Source of the DNA: Pristiophorus japonicus
Taxonomy: Eukaryota
Direction of reading: 5' to 3'
Length of the DNA: 64,000 nucleotides
Assembly: GCF_044704955.1 (NCBI RefSeq)
Contig: NC_091991.1
Location: forward strand, 33,356,001 to 33,420,000
Shown: positions 49,742 through 62,545 of the stretch, piece by piece
How the letters are laid out: every line of letters begins with the position of its first letter
Position numbering within the stretch: position 1 is the first letter of the stretch
Notes under the pieces: model-generated
Told to the model about the DNA's origin: nothing
The model's input: the letters and a program-made list of their open reading frames with translations, nothing else
Databases searched by the model: none
Made by a program: the position numbers and the translations under genes

Positions 49742-52596
49742 ATGATGGGTTCTGCTTCGTGGTCAACCGTGGTGTCGGTTGCCATTGGTGTGTATGTTGG
49801 GGGGTCAAAAAAGGTAGGGTCCAAGGTGGGTTGCTCAGGATAGTCCGTGAATCTGAGTTTGATTTGGTCCAAGTGTTTCCGGTGAATGAATCCATTTGAA
49901 AGTTTGACCCGAAACATCCTGCTCCCCTCTTTGGCCACGAAAGTGCCAGGAAGCCACTTGGGACCTTCTCCATAATTTAATACAAATTGATTTCAATCTC
50001 GCGTGACACATTTGCACTATCATGGTATGCACTTTGTTGAAGCCGCCTGCTCTCTACCTGTTCATGTAGATCAGGGTGAACTAACGAGAGCCTTGTCTTA
50101 AGTGCCCTTTTCATGAGCAGTTCAGCAGGTGGGATCCCAGTGAGCGAGTGGGGTCTCGTGCAGTAGCGAAGCAGAACTCGGGATAGGCGAGTCTGCAGTG
50201 AGCCTTCAGTTACCCTCCTCAAGCCTTGCTTGATGGTTTGCACTGCTCTCTCTGCCTGACCATTGGACGCTGGTTTAAACGAGGCAGATGTGACATGTTT
50301 GATCCCATTACGGTCATGAATTCTTTGAACTCAGCACTGGTAAAACATGGCCCGTTGTTGCTCACCAGGACATCGGGTAGGCCGTGTGTGGCAAGCATGG
50401 CCCACAGGCTTTCAATAGTGGCAGCGGACGTGCTAGCCGACATTATCTCGCATTCAATCCACTTGGAGTACGCGTCTACAACCACAAGGAACATTTTACC
50501 CAAGAACGGGCCTGCATAGTCGACGTGTACCCTAGACCACGGTTTGGAGGGCCAAGACCATAAACTTAGTGACGCCTCCCTGGGTACATTGCTTAACTGT
50601 GAGCATGTATTACATCTGTGAACGCAGGAATCTAAGTCCGCATCGATACTGGGCCACCACACGTGGGATCCGGCTATCGCTTTCATCATTACGATGCATG
50701 GGTGGGTACTGTGGAGGTCATTGATGAAGGTGTCTCTGCCCTTCTTGGGGACCACTACTCGATTGCCCCACAGAAGGCAGTCTGCCTGTATAGACATTTC
50801 ACCTTTGCGCCGCTGGAACGGCTTCATCTCTTCCTGCATTTCCACTGGGACACTGGACCAGCTCCTGTGAAGTACACAGCTTTTGACTAGAGATAATAAG
50901 GGGTCCTGGCTTGTCCAGGTTTTGATCTCCCGGGCAGTGACAGGTGATTGCTCATTCTCAAATGCTTCCATAACTGTGGCTAGATCTGCGGGCTGCGCCA
51001 TTTCCACCCCCGTGGTGGGCAATGGCAGCCTACTGAGAGCATTGGCACAGTTTTCTGTGCCTGGCCTGTGGTGGATGGCATAGGTGTATGTGGACAACGT
51101 GAGCACCCATCTCTGGATGCGGGCCGATGCGTTGGTATTTATCCCTTTACTCTCGGACTAAGTGGCTTATGGTCAGTTTCCAATTCGAATTTTAGCCCAA
51201 ACAGGTATTGATGCATTTTCTTTACCCCATAGACACATGTTAACGCTTCTTTCTCAATCATGCTGTAGGCTCTCTCAGCCTTAGACAGACAGACTCCTGG
51301 ATGCATAAGCAACCGGTTGCAGTTTCCCGAAATCATTAGCTTGTTGCAATACACACCCGACGCCATATGATGACACATCACATGCTAGTACCAAATGCTT
51401 GCATGGATCATACAACACAAGCAATTTGTTTGAGCATAACAATTTTCTCGCTTTTACAAAGGCATTTTCTTAGCTTTTGCCCCAAACCTATTTGTCCCTT
51501 TTTCGTAATAAGACATGCAGTGGTTCTAACAGTGTGCTGAGATCCGGTTACCAAAGTAGTTCAGGAGTCCCAGAAATGACCGCCGTTCCGTCTCGTTCTG
51601 TAGCCTCGGTGCATTCTTGATTGCCTCCATCTTCACATTGGTGGGTCTGATGCCGTCCGCCGCAATCCTCCTTCCGAGGAACTCCACTTCGGGCGCCAGG
51701 AAAACGCACTTCAAGCGTTTTAACCTGAGCCCCATGCGGTTGAGTCGACTAAGAACCTCCTCCAGGTTCTGCAGATGCTCGACTGTGTTCCGAACTATGA
51801 CCAAGATGTCGTCCTGGAAGGCCACAGTGTGCGGGACCGACTTCAGTAAGCATTCCATGGTTCTCTGGAATATCGCCGCCACCGATCGGATTCCAAACGG
51901 GCATCTGTTATAAACAAAAAAGACCTTTGTGTGTATTGATGCAGGTGAGGGCCTTCGATGATTCCTCCAGCTCCTGCGTCATGTAGGCTGAAGTCAGATC
52001 CAGCTTCGTGAATGTCTTTTCTCCCGCCAGCTTTGCAAAGAGGTTGTCGGTCTTTGGTAGTGGATATTGGTCCTGCAGGGAGAAATGATTGATAGTTACT
52101 TTGTAATCGCCACAGATTCTGACGGTGCCGTCTCCCTTGAGGACTGGGACGATAGGACTGGCTCACTCATGGAACTCGATCGGGGAAATGATGCCCTCTC
52201 TTTGCAGCCGGTCTAGCTCGATCTCTACCCTTTCTCTCATCATGTATGGTACTGCTCTCGCCTTGTGATGGATGGGTCGCGCCCCCGGAATTAGGTGGCT
52301 CTGCACTTTTGCTCCTTGGAATTTCTCGATGCCTGGTTCGAACAGCGAAGGAAATTTGTTTAAGACCTGGGCACATGAAGTGTCATCAAGCGGGCAATAG
52401 CGTCCCAGCTCCAGTGCATCTTTCCCAGCCAGCTCCTGCCGAGCAGCGTGGGACCATCATGGAGTTATCCATAAATGAAGTTATTAGCACAATCTTGCAG
52501 TTCAGATAACATAGATAAACTGCTCAAGCTTTGATCTCCTGTTTTTTATTACTTCATCACAATCATCAAACATGTTATTGTCCTGTAACTCCCTTC

Positions 52597-52806
52597 TGTT
52601 GTGTATGGAGAAAGAGTCAGACTGAACACTGTGAGCTCAAAGTAAAGTGTGACCGTAGTCTTTTATTGCAGCTCTCCAGAGTGCCTCTCCAAACTGTGAA
52701 GCCTCCTTAAATACCTGTGCTCCTAAGGGATTATGGGATCCCTTTTGACTCCAGGTGATGAGCCCTCTGGTGACTACAGAGTAAATATAAGTTTACATAT
52801 ATAACA
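52597..52806 (-). repeat. 5' LTR (210 bp)
   Basis: Direct repeat of 49288-49497, with about 13 substitutions and 2 small indels by eye. Confidence 0.92.
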
Positions 52807-52811
52807 ATATT

Positions 52812-53473
52812 GGCACGGGTTTTGCGGTCAGCGGCGAAGTGATGGCACTCACGATAAAGATCTCTGAGGCATCAATTTTACCTTTCCCAATGTTAATTTA
52901 ATTCTGCCGCCATGTATAGGGATCTCCGAGTCCAGCAACAGTGATGTTATCAAGCAGGCTGAGCAGCCAATTACATTGAAGAATTCTCACAGACAGCAAA
53001 CCAGGAAGTACAAAACACTGATTATCCTTCCCTTTTTAATCATTTTACAGAGAGCAAAATAAAGATTGGGACATACACGTGGGATTAAGGCAGACGATGA
53101 AATATCATTGAAAAAATCTCTGGGAATTTGTATCATAATGGAGAAATTTGACATTCCACAAAGTTAAATTAATTTTCAGAGCCAGAGGGGTTGTTCAGCA
53201 GTAATTATGACTTAGTACGCCATAAAAAAACCCAGTTACACCTCATTTAACAAGGCTTATCTTTTTCAGGGACTTTTATAGCGAGATTAGAACGTAAAAA
53301 GTGAACCTTCACGTCAATTCAAGTGATTTATAAGATTTCTATCTGCGAGGACTCCGACAGCAACTTCTGGATTTCTGCATTTAAATGTGCATGTGGGGAC
53401 GCCAGATATTGACCTCAGTGTCACGGAGCAACGCTGACAGTTTTTACGTCATTATAACCGCAAATTCCAGACC
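52812..53473. mobile_element. Harbinger-type MITE; truncated relative at ~46382-46800
   Basis: Imperfect TIR GGCACGGGTTTTGCGGT / ACCGCAAATTCCAGACC. TTTTGCGGTCAGCGGC and AAACCAGGAA are shared with the 46382 copy. Confidence 0.65.
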
Positions 53474-53659
53474 AAAAAAAAAGCGTCCCAAAATGTTTAC
53501 ACCTTTCAGGCACAGTTGATGAAAGAAAAATAAGCATTTTCATTTATCCACGGGGTGTTTTTTTTTTGTGGCAAAACAGCGTTATAAAAAAATATGAGGG
53601 AATAATAATAGCGTCAGGGGAGAGGAAGTTGAGAATTGTTGAGGGGGAGGATTTGCTGA

Positions 53660-53719
53660 GCAGGGAATGGGCGGGCCGCAATCAGCTGTCGGCGGACTGG
53701 GTTTCACTTTCCGTGGGCA
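53660..53719 (+). promoter_or_regulatory. HELB: HELB proximal promoter / 5'UTR with GC box and ISRE-like site
   Basis: GGGCGGG near 53669; GGTTTCACTTTCC at 53700-53712. Confidence 0.55.
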
Positions 53720-53933
53720 ATGGCTGGGCGGCGAGCGGGCCCTTGCAAAACCATTGTTGTGCAAGGTTTTATTTTAGCGCGAAAGGACGATGAGGGGGAC
53801 GAAAGGTCGGACACGGACACGAACGAGGAGGGGGAAGAGGTGGAGGCCGTGCAATTCCTGGACCTCAAGGATATGATGAATGTGTCCAACGGTGCAACTT
53901 CCATCACAGCCTCTTCCGTTGCGGGGCGGTTCG
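53720..53933 (+). CDS. HELB: DNA helicase B, coding exon 1
   Basis: MAGRR..VQGFIL..acidic tract..FLDLKDM..SSVAGRF, donor G|gtaaaa in phase 1. Resembles the HELB N-terminus and joins exon 2 in frame. Confidence 0.8.
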
Positions 53934-54274
53934 GTAAAAGAAAATACATTTCAGTTACAATACTGGTAGTTTAGAATTAAAAAGAAACCCTTTTTTGTTT
54001 AGAATTAAAATAAAACCCTTTTAAAACTCCCCTGCTGGTTGGAGGGGCCCCACAAATTGTAGTGGGGTGTGCTCATCTGCTTTCAGTGCATATTTTGCAG
54101 GGGCCAACTTCAAGCTGCAGGCATACCACGAAAAAAGCTAAACGCTGGAAATGTACAGAAAATGTTGGAAACGCTCAGCAAGTCAGGCAGCATCTGTGGA
54201 GAGAGCGAGACACAGGGTTAATGTTGCAGGTCGATGATAAAAGTAACGGTAACGCTTCAAAATAGTTGAACAAG

Positions 54275-54710
54275 AAAGAAAGACTTGGATTTATATAGTG
54301 CCTTTCACGACCACTGGACGTCTGAAAGCGTTTTACAGCCTATTAAGTACTTTTGGAGTGTAGTCACTGTTGTGTGTGGGGAAACGCGGCAGCCAATTTG
54401 CGCACAACAGCACTCGTACAACAACGTGATAATGTCAAGATTATCTGTTTTTGTTATATTGATTGAGGGATAAGTATTGGCCAGGACACTCTCTGTATAA
54501 GTCCCCTGCTCTTTTTCAAAATAGTGCCACTGGGTCTTTTACGTCGACCTCAGAAAAGACAGCACTTCCAACAGACCAGAACTCCCTGAGCACTGCATTG
54601 GAGTGTCTGCCTAGATTTATGTGTTCAAGCCCCTGGAGTGGGACTTGAACCCACAATTTTTTGACTCAAAAGGTGAGTATGCAACCCACTGAGCTACAGC
54701 TGACACACCG
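54275..54710 (-). mobile_element. Deu-domain SINE with tRNA-like head
   Basis: Reverse 3' end GACTTGGATTTATATAGTGCCTTT; B-box-like GGGTTCAAGTCCCAC on the minus strand at ~54640. Confidence 0.75.
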
Positions 54711-54759
54711 ACATGATCACACACTAAATACAGACCAGGACTGAGATTTTTTTAAATTC

Positions 54760-55480
54760 CATGGATGCGGGTGTTGCTGGCATGCCAGAATTTATTGCCC
54801 GTCCCCAATTGCCCTTGAGAAGATGGTGCTGATCTGTTTTGAACTGCTGCAATCCATGTGGCGAAGGTACTCCCAGTGCTGTTGGGGAGGGAGTTCCAGG
54901 ATTTTGACCCAGCGACAATGAAGGAATGGTGATATATTTCCAAGTCGGGATGGTGTATGACTTGGAGAGGTACTTGGAGATAATGGTGTTCCCAAGCGCC
55001 AGCTGCCCTTGCCCTTCTAGGTGGTAGAGGCCGTAGGTTTTGGAGGTGCTGTCGGAGAAGCTTTGGCGAGTTGCTGCAGTGCATCTTATAGATGGTGCTC
55101 AAATGCAGATATGGTGTGCCAGTGGTAGAGGGAGCGCCAATTAAGTGGACTGCTTTGTCTTGGATGGTGCCAAGCTTCGAGTGTTGTTGGAGCTGTGCTC
55201 ATCCAGGCAAGTGATCACACTCCTGACTTGTGCCTTTTATAGATGGTGGAAAGGCTTTGAGGAGTCAGGGGGTGAGATACTCGCTGCAGAATACCCAGCC
55301 TTTGACCACCTCTTGTAGCCACAGTGTTTATGTGGCTGGTCCAGTTATGTCTCTGGTCAATGGTGGCCGCCAAGATGTTGATGGTGTGGGCAATACCGTT
55401 GAATGTCAAGGGGTGGTGGTTAGACTCTTGCTTGTTGGAGATAGTCATTGTCTGGCATTTGTATGGTGCAAATGTTACTG
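54760..55480 (-). mobile_element. Non-LTR LINE RT C-terminal and 3' fragment (RTEX-like, not the CR1 family)
   Basis: VTFAPYKCQTMTIS..TIDQRHNWTSHI..QRLGIL..LSTIYK. Confidence 0.7.
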
Positions 55481-55883
55481 ACAACCAGGATTGTGGAAGA
55501 TATCAGGAATAATTAGAGCAGAGAAGAAATGTAAACTTAATGCAAGCATTACAACTCTGGGGAGAAGTGATACTTCCCACTCATCTCACCATAGTGATTG
55601 TGCCCATGGATGAAGAAGGTTGTTTGGCCTCTCTTAGTTTATCCCTCCAGAAAAAAGTTTCCCTAATCATAGCAAAAGCATTTAGGACACTTTGATGCTT
55701 GGGAGAGGTAACGGATATTGCTTTAAATTTGTGATTTTTGACATTGGATGATGACTGGAACCGATGGCCTTCATTGTAAATAGTCCACTGATTCATCTAG
55801 GGTGGCACATGAAGAATGACCATTTTGGAAAGATATGGGATGGGCTGTCTGTACCCATAGAAGTATACCTTAGCATAATCAAT

Positions 55884-56586
55884 AACCTGGAATTTCTACC
55901 GTGGGTGCAACCAGGAAGTTTGACCTGAAAATGTGCCCATTCCTATGCCAATTCTGCAGATATTAAGTTGCACTCAATTTCCTGGGAATCTCATTCAAAT
56001 ATGCCCGAATGAAAAATGGACAGAAATCAGCAGAAACTATCAGGGTCTCGGGAAAGTGCCAAACTCGCACTATATTTTTGTTTTATATGTATGAAAATTA
56101 AACATTTCAACTCATTTAACCATCATTCATGCACGTTAGGCACAGTGCATTTAGGAATCTGCAAGCGAAGAAGCTTTTCCATTTTTAATATGACTTTTAT
56201 TTGTGCCATAAAATTGCATTTAAATAAACTGAAAATACAGCAAAGGTCTCTGTGATGGTACATTTAAAAAAAAAAACACTCCACTTTCAATAAAACAGCA
56301 GAAAATGACTTTCCTGCTGCGTCTGAAAATCTGGTTGTAATTTGAAGACCGTCTCTGAGCAAACGCAATTGCAGGAAACCCGTGTGTAAGGCTCTGAAAC
56401 TTGGAGACTGGGCTTTTTATGAGTGGAGCGATTGATAGACAATCGTAAAAGGTCGAGGAGTATGGGGCATATTGTGCTTGCATATGTAACTCAAGCCCAA
56501 AATTCTGCGTTCTTTTGGACTGCGCATTTGATTAATGTCCTGATTGCATGATTCTCTGGGTGCAAATACGCAGGAAATTCCAGGCT
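55884..56586. mobile_element. Old Harbinger-type MITE
   Basis: TIR core CCTGGAATTTC ... GAAATTCCAGG. Confidence 0.5.
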
Positions 56587-57173
56587 AACCTGTCTAGGAA
56601 AGGAGCGAAAACTTGGTAGGGAAAAAAAATCTTACCAAAAAAGTGCCTTGGACCAAAATGAAACCCACTGTTAACAAATGGGTTGAATATGTAATATGTT
56701 AGCACGAATGTACCCTTCCAAGAATCACTCGTCACTCAGTCAGTCCATACATCAAAACGGTTTATTACGCCGGTGGGGAGATGAAGCAGCTGGTGGGTCC
56801 AGGTACCTCTCTCTGTCGAACAAAGGGTTTCATGGATTTTTATATGTTTTACAACAGTTTACTACAGTTACATCAGTCCATTTCGGCCGGACACTACCCA
56901 ATCATATTGATTGTTTTACATGCAGATTCATTTAGACCAATAGATAGAGTTAGTCTCTAAACGTAAAATGGCTCGTGTTGCTTAAGGGGTGTGTTGCTAG
57001 GAATTACTCATGTATCTTGTGACATGGTCCAGGCCCCCCCTTATCTTGCTGTCCTTGGGTGCTGTCTCTGGGTAGCCTCCTTATCTTAGACCTGTTACAG
57101 AGTTGTATTGTCCCAACATGAACCAGAACATTTTGTCTAAGGCCTGGCTGATTAGAGACAGTTGCAAAGTTTG

Positions 57174-60100
57174 CATAGAAACATAGAAAATAGGTGCAGG
57201 AGAAGGCCATTCGGCCCTTCTAGCCTGCACCGCCATTCAATGAGTTCATGGCTGAACATGCAACTTCAGTACCCCATTCCTGCTTTCTCGCCATACCCCT
57301 TGATCCCCCTAGTAGTAAGGACTTCATCTAACTCCTTTTTGAATATATTTAGTGAATTGGCCTCAACAACTTTCTGTGGTAGAGAATTCCACAGGTTCAC
57401 CACTCTCTGGGTGAAGAAGTTTCTCCTCATCTCGGTCCTAAATGGCTTACCCCTTATCCTTAGACTGTGTCCCCTGGTTCTGGACTTCCCCAACATTGGG
57501 AACATTCTTCCTGCATCTAACCTGTCTAAACCCATCAGAATTTTAAACGTTTCTATGAGGTCCCCTCTCATTCTTCTGAACTCCAGTGAATACAAGCCCC
57601 GTTGATCCAGTCTTTCTTGATAGGTCAGTCCCGCCATCCCGGGAATCAGTCTGGTGAACCTTCGCTGCACTCCCTCAATAGCAAGAATGTCCTTCCTCAG
57701 GTTAGGAGACCAAAACTGTACACAATACTCCAGGTGTGGCCTCACCAAGGCCCTGTACAACTGTAGTAACACCTCCCTGCCCCTGTACTCAAATCCCCTC
57801 GCTATGAAGGCCAACATGCCATTTGCTTTCTTAACCGCCTGCTGTACCTGCATGCCAACCTTCAATGACTGATGTACCATGACACCCAGGTCTCGTTGCA
57901 CCTCCCCTTTTCCTAATCTGTCACCATTCAGATAATAGTCTGTGTCTCTGGTATTACCACCAAAGTGGATAACCTCACATTTATCCACATTATACTTCAT
58001 CTGCCATGCATTTGCCCACTCACCTAACCTATCCAAGTCACTCTGCAGCCTCATAGCATCCTCCTCGCAGCTCACACTGCCACCCAACTTAGTGTCATCC
58101 GCAAATTTGGAGATACTACATTTAATCCCCTCGTCTAAATCATTAATGTACAGTGTAAACAGCTGGGGCCCCAGCACAGAACCTTGCGGTACCCCACTAG
58201 ACACTGCCTGCCATTCTGAAAAATCCCCATTTACTCCTACTCTTTGCTTCCTGTCTGACAACCAGTTCTCAATCCATGTCAGTACACTACCCCCAATCCC
58301 ATGTGCTCTAACTTTGCACATCAATCTCTTGTGTGGGACCTTGTCGAACGCCTTCTGAAAGTCCAAATATACCACATCAACTGGTTCTCCCTTGTCCACT
58401 CTACTGGAAACATCCTCAAAAAATTCCAGAAGATTTGTCAAGCATGATTTCCCTTTCACAAATCCATGCTGACTTGGACCTATCATGTCACCTCTTTCCA
58501 AATGCGCTGCTATGACATCCTTAATAATTGATTCCATCATTTTACCCACTACTGAGGTCAGGCTGACCAGTCGAAAATTCCCTGTTTTCTCTCTCCCTCC
58601 TTTTTTAAAAAGTGGGGTTACATTGGCTACCCTCCACTCGATAGGAACTGATCCAGAGTCAATGGAATGTTGGAAATTGACTGTCAATGCATCCGCTATT
58701 TCCAAGGCCACCTCCTTAAGTACTCTGGGATGCAGTCCATCAGGCCCTGGGGATTTATCGGCCTTCAATCCCATCAATTTCCCCAACACAAATTCCCAAC
58801 TAATAAGGATTTCCCTCAGTTCCTCCTCCTTACTAGACCCCCCGACCCCTTTTATATCCGGAAGGTTGTTAGTGTCCTCCTTAGTGAATACCGAACCAAA
58901 GTACTTGTTCAATTAGTCCGCTATTTCTTTGTTCCCCGTTATGACTTCCCCTGATTCTGACTGCAGGGGACCTACGTTTGTCTTTACTAACCTTTTTCTC
59001 TTTACATATCTATAGAAACTTTTGCAATCCGCCTTAATGTTCCCTGCAAGCTTCTTCTCGTACTCCATTTTCCCTGACCTAATCAAACCCTTTGTCCTCC
59101 TCTGCTGAGTTCTAAATTTCTCCCAGTCCCCGGTTCGCTGCTATTTCTGGCCAATTTGTATGCCACTTCCTTGGCTTTAATACTATCCCTGATTTCCCTA
59201 GATAGCCACGGTTGAGCCACCTTCCCTTTTTTATTTTTACGCCAGACAGGAATGTACAATTATTGTAGTTCATCCATGCGGTCTCTAAATGTCTGCCATT
59301 GCCCATCCACAGTCAACCGCTTAAGTATCATTCGCCAATCTATCCTAGCCAATTCACGCCTCATACCTTCAAAGTTAGCCTTCTTTAAGTTCTGGACCAT
59401 GGTCTCCGAATTAACTGTTTCATTCTCCATCCTAATGCAGAATTCCACCATATTATGGTCACTCTTCCCCAAAGGGCCTCGCACAATGAGATTGCTAATT
59501 AATCCTCTCTCATTACACAACACCTAGTCTAAGATGGCCTCCCCCTTCGTTGGTTCCTCGACATATTGGTCTAGAAAACCATCCCTTATGCACTCCAGGA
59601 AATCCGGAAATCCTCCTCCACCGTATTGCTTCCAGTTTGGTTAGCCCAATCTATGTGCATATTAAAGTCGCCCATAACTGCTGCACCTTTATTACATGCA
59701 CCCCTAATTTCCTGTTTGATGCCCCCCCTCAACATCACTACGACTGTTTGGAGGTCTGTACACAACTCCCACTAACGTTTTTTGCCCTTTGGTGTTCTGC
59801 AGCTCTACCCATATAGATTCCACATCATCCAAGCTATCTCCTTCCTAACTATTGCATTAATCTCCTCCTTAACCAGCAATGCTACCCCACCTCCTTTTCC
59901 TTTTATTCTATCCTTCCTGAATGTTGAATACCCCTGGATGTTGAGTTCCCAGCCCTGATCATCCTGGAGCCACGTCTCCGTAATCCCAATCACAACATAT
60001 TTGTTAACATCTATTTGCACAGTTAATTCATCCACCTTGTTACGGATACTCCTTACATTAAGACACAAAGCCTTCAGGCTTGTTTTTTTTAACACCCTTT

Positions 60101-60175
60101 GTCATTTTAGAATTTTGCTGTACAGTGGCCCTTTTTGTTCTTTGCCTTGGTTTTCTCTGCCCTCAACTTTTCCTC
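57174..60175 (-). mobile_element. CR1 with almost all of ORF2 in HELB intron 1; RT portion open (57266-58912), EN/tether disrupted
   Basis: LCLNVRSIRNK and GITETW endonuclease motifs; 548-aa RT ORF; TSD AGTTTG at 57168-57173 and 60176-60181. Confidence 0.95.
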
Positions 60176-60559
60176 AGTTTGTTAGTCTTGTGCGTGGGAA
60201 ACAAAGCTTCCAGGAATGTGGTCTCTTTTAGCTAACAGAAATCCCTTGAGGCTTCACGGGCAGCCATTTTTATGGTATTGGAGTTACATGTTTAGTTCTA
60301 ACCTTATGCTACAGGTTAGGGGAGAATTTTTCGCTATAACATAATATGATGAATCCGTGCAGAAAAATCATTTCACAATTTTAAAACACTTCTCATTTCT
60401 TTACTGCATTCTGTTGAGAAAGTGGACTTGTGTATGAGAACATCAGTGGCTGGAATCGGTGTTAGTGAATTGAATAGATGCATTCCTACTTTTTAGTGCA
60501 AAGCCTTAGAAAGTGATCTTTTAGACTATTCACAACTATATTTATTTATCTTTCTCTAG

Positions 60560-60922
60560 TTACAATCGAAGACCTTGTCTCCGGTGAACATTATAAAGTG
60601 TTTGGACGGTTTCATTTTACTGATCCTTGGTGGAAAGTGACTGCAAAGATCAAATATCACCAGAAGAAATGGTATTTACATTGGTATCCATCTTATGCTC
60701 TCAGGACTCATCTGGGCAATGAAACAAAGGCAATTTTCAGCCTTTTCCTAAAAGCATGTTGTGTCGACGAACAATACAGAAAGTTCTTTGTCTCTTTGCC
60801 TGAGAATAGTAACCTTGAGTTTTCAAACCTATTCAAGACTTTACAACGGATTGCAGATGAGAAGAAGGATATGGCAGAAGGCAATTTTGCAACAAACATC
60901 ATGATAGGCATAAGGAGTTCAG
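60560..60922 (+). CDS. HELB: DNA helicase B, coding exon 2; gene continues beyond the window
   Basis: Acceptor tttctctag; (V)TIEDLVSGEHYKVFGRFHFTDPWWKV..YPSYAL..IFSLFLKAC..LEFSNL..RSS; donor gtaagc. Parallels human KVFGRFPITGAWWRV..FPSYFL..ALFLKEC. Confidence 0.9.
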
Positions 60923-61334
60923 GTAAGCATAGGTGTCTTTCTTAGATTATAGATTTTGCTTTATCGCAAGTTTGTACATGATCATTTGGGATCAGTAGCA
61001 GAAAATATCTTTTAATCATCAGTTGGAAGAGTAAGATAAGTTGCTGTAATTTATTCCATTAAATCTTAATGGAAGTAAAACTCAAGTGTGACTATATAGA
61101 AAGAAATATGGATCTTTTGGCTCTTTTAGAAAAGTTGTAAAGGTACAGAAACTTAATGGCATTAAACTGCAGGAAGTTGAAGAATGATAAAGTAAATATT
61201 TGCATATAATTGCAGGACTTTGAGAAGCTTGGTGAAGGCTAAATGAATGCTTGGGTAATGAAGCATTTTGAAAACCAATATTCCGCATTCATTAAACAGT
61301 CTCTCAGCAGGTCAGGCAGCATCTGTGGCAAGAG

Positions 61335-61624
61335 CCCACACTGCGATATGTGTGCGCACTAGGTCCATGCAGAAGAGCTGGTCTCCAGTCGTCTTGGTTA
61401 ATCCTTGCCACTGGACCAAGACCTAGCTCTGTCAAGCCCGTGTGGTGGCTGGTGTGCAACGGTCACCACACATTAAAAAAATCCAAGCACAGACATCTTC
61501 TACCCTTCAACACGTAGTTCGGGACCTGGAATATTAGGTCCTTCATTGCAATACCTGTGAACTCATCCCTTTTTGGCGTGGAAGCAAGTCATCCTTGATG
61601 CGAGGGACTTCCTAAGAAGAAGAA
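61335..61624 (+). mobile_element. Short retroposon (SINE or RTE-type 3' end) inserted in a Penelope fragment
   Basis: (AAG)n tail; 10-bp TSD GTGGCAAGAG / GTGGCGAGAG. Confidence 0.7.
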
Positions 61625-62344
61625 GTGGCGAGAGAAACAAAGTTAATATTTCAGATGATGATCTTTCAACAGAACTGGAAAAAAATTATGGGGCAGAGAA
61701 TTAAAATGACGGGCTCGAATTTAGTATACTATACTCGCTGCTCACGATGCGGTCTCTACATTGGAGAGACCAAATGCAGAGTGGGTGACCGCTTTGCTAT
61801 ATTATTCTCTCTTTGTATAGCATTAATGTTTCGGAATACAACCAAAAAAATGTGATAGAAACACAGTGGAGCTAGATCATATTTAACAAGTGCAGCATAA
61901 TAAAAAGTAGCATAGTGAACCTCTGAAGTCTATCTTCTGCTTCAAGTGACACTTTTGTTCTCCACAGTGTAGTTTACTTGTGTATTGATGGGTAGTATTG
62001 ATATGCTGCTTTCTATTCAATAAAGATTGCCATCAGTTTAGTGCCACTATGAAGTCTCAAGCAATGTTCGTCCTGTTTCATACAAAAACACGGCTCCTGT
62101 CAACCTGTCCAAGGTTCACAAAAGCCACCTGTGCAGATCACCCAGTTTCTTGGCTGAAGAGGCAATCTGATAGCAAGAGGTAGTGCAGAAGATTCTTTAA
62201 AGGGGAGGCTATTAGAATGTTAGTTGCACAGTTGTGCAGCTGTGTGTTAGAACTTTAGTAGGTGGTTTTGCAGTTGTAATTTTTAATTTCAAATGTACAA
62301 GAAAGCCATGAAAATGAACTTGTGGAATTTTGGAATTGGGGAAT

Positions 62345-62545
62345 CTGGAATTCCTTGCCAAAACCCCTCTACCTCTCTTTCCTCCTTCAAGACATTCATT
62401 AAAACCTACCTCTTTGACCAAGCATTTTGTCACCTGCCCTAATTTCTTGTGTGGCTCAGTGTCAAATTTTTTGTCTCATAATACTCCTGTGATGCGCCTT
62501 GAGATGTTTCATTATGTTAAAGGCGCTAATTAAATACAAGTTGTT
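62345..62545 (+). mobile_element. L2-type 3' end
   Basis: CTGGAATTCC..AAAACCTACCTCTTTGACCAAGC..TTAAAGGCGCTA..AAATACAAGTTG. Confidence 0.65.

Larger units (their letters stand above)
49288..52806 (-). mobile_element. Gypsy/Ty3 LTR retrotransposon, gag deleted and pol disrupted
   Basis: Two TG...CA LTRs; TSD ATATT at 49283-49287 and 52807-52811. Minus-strand PR-RT (FQDDILV)-RNaseH (ETDHKPL)-integrase (WSRVHVDYAGPF) order. Purine tract next to the left LTR. Confidence 0.93.
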
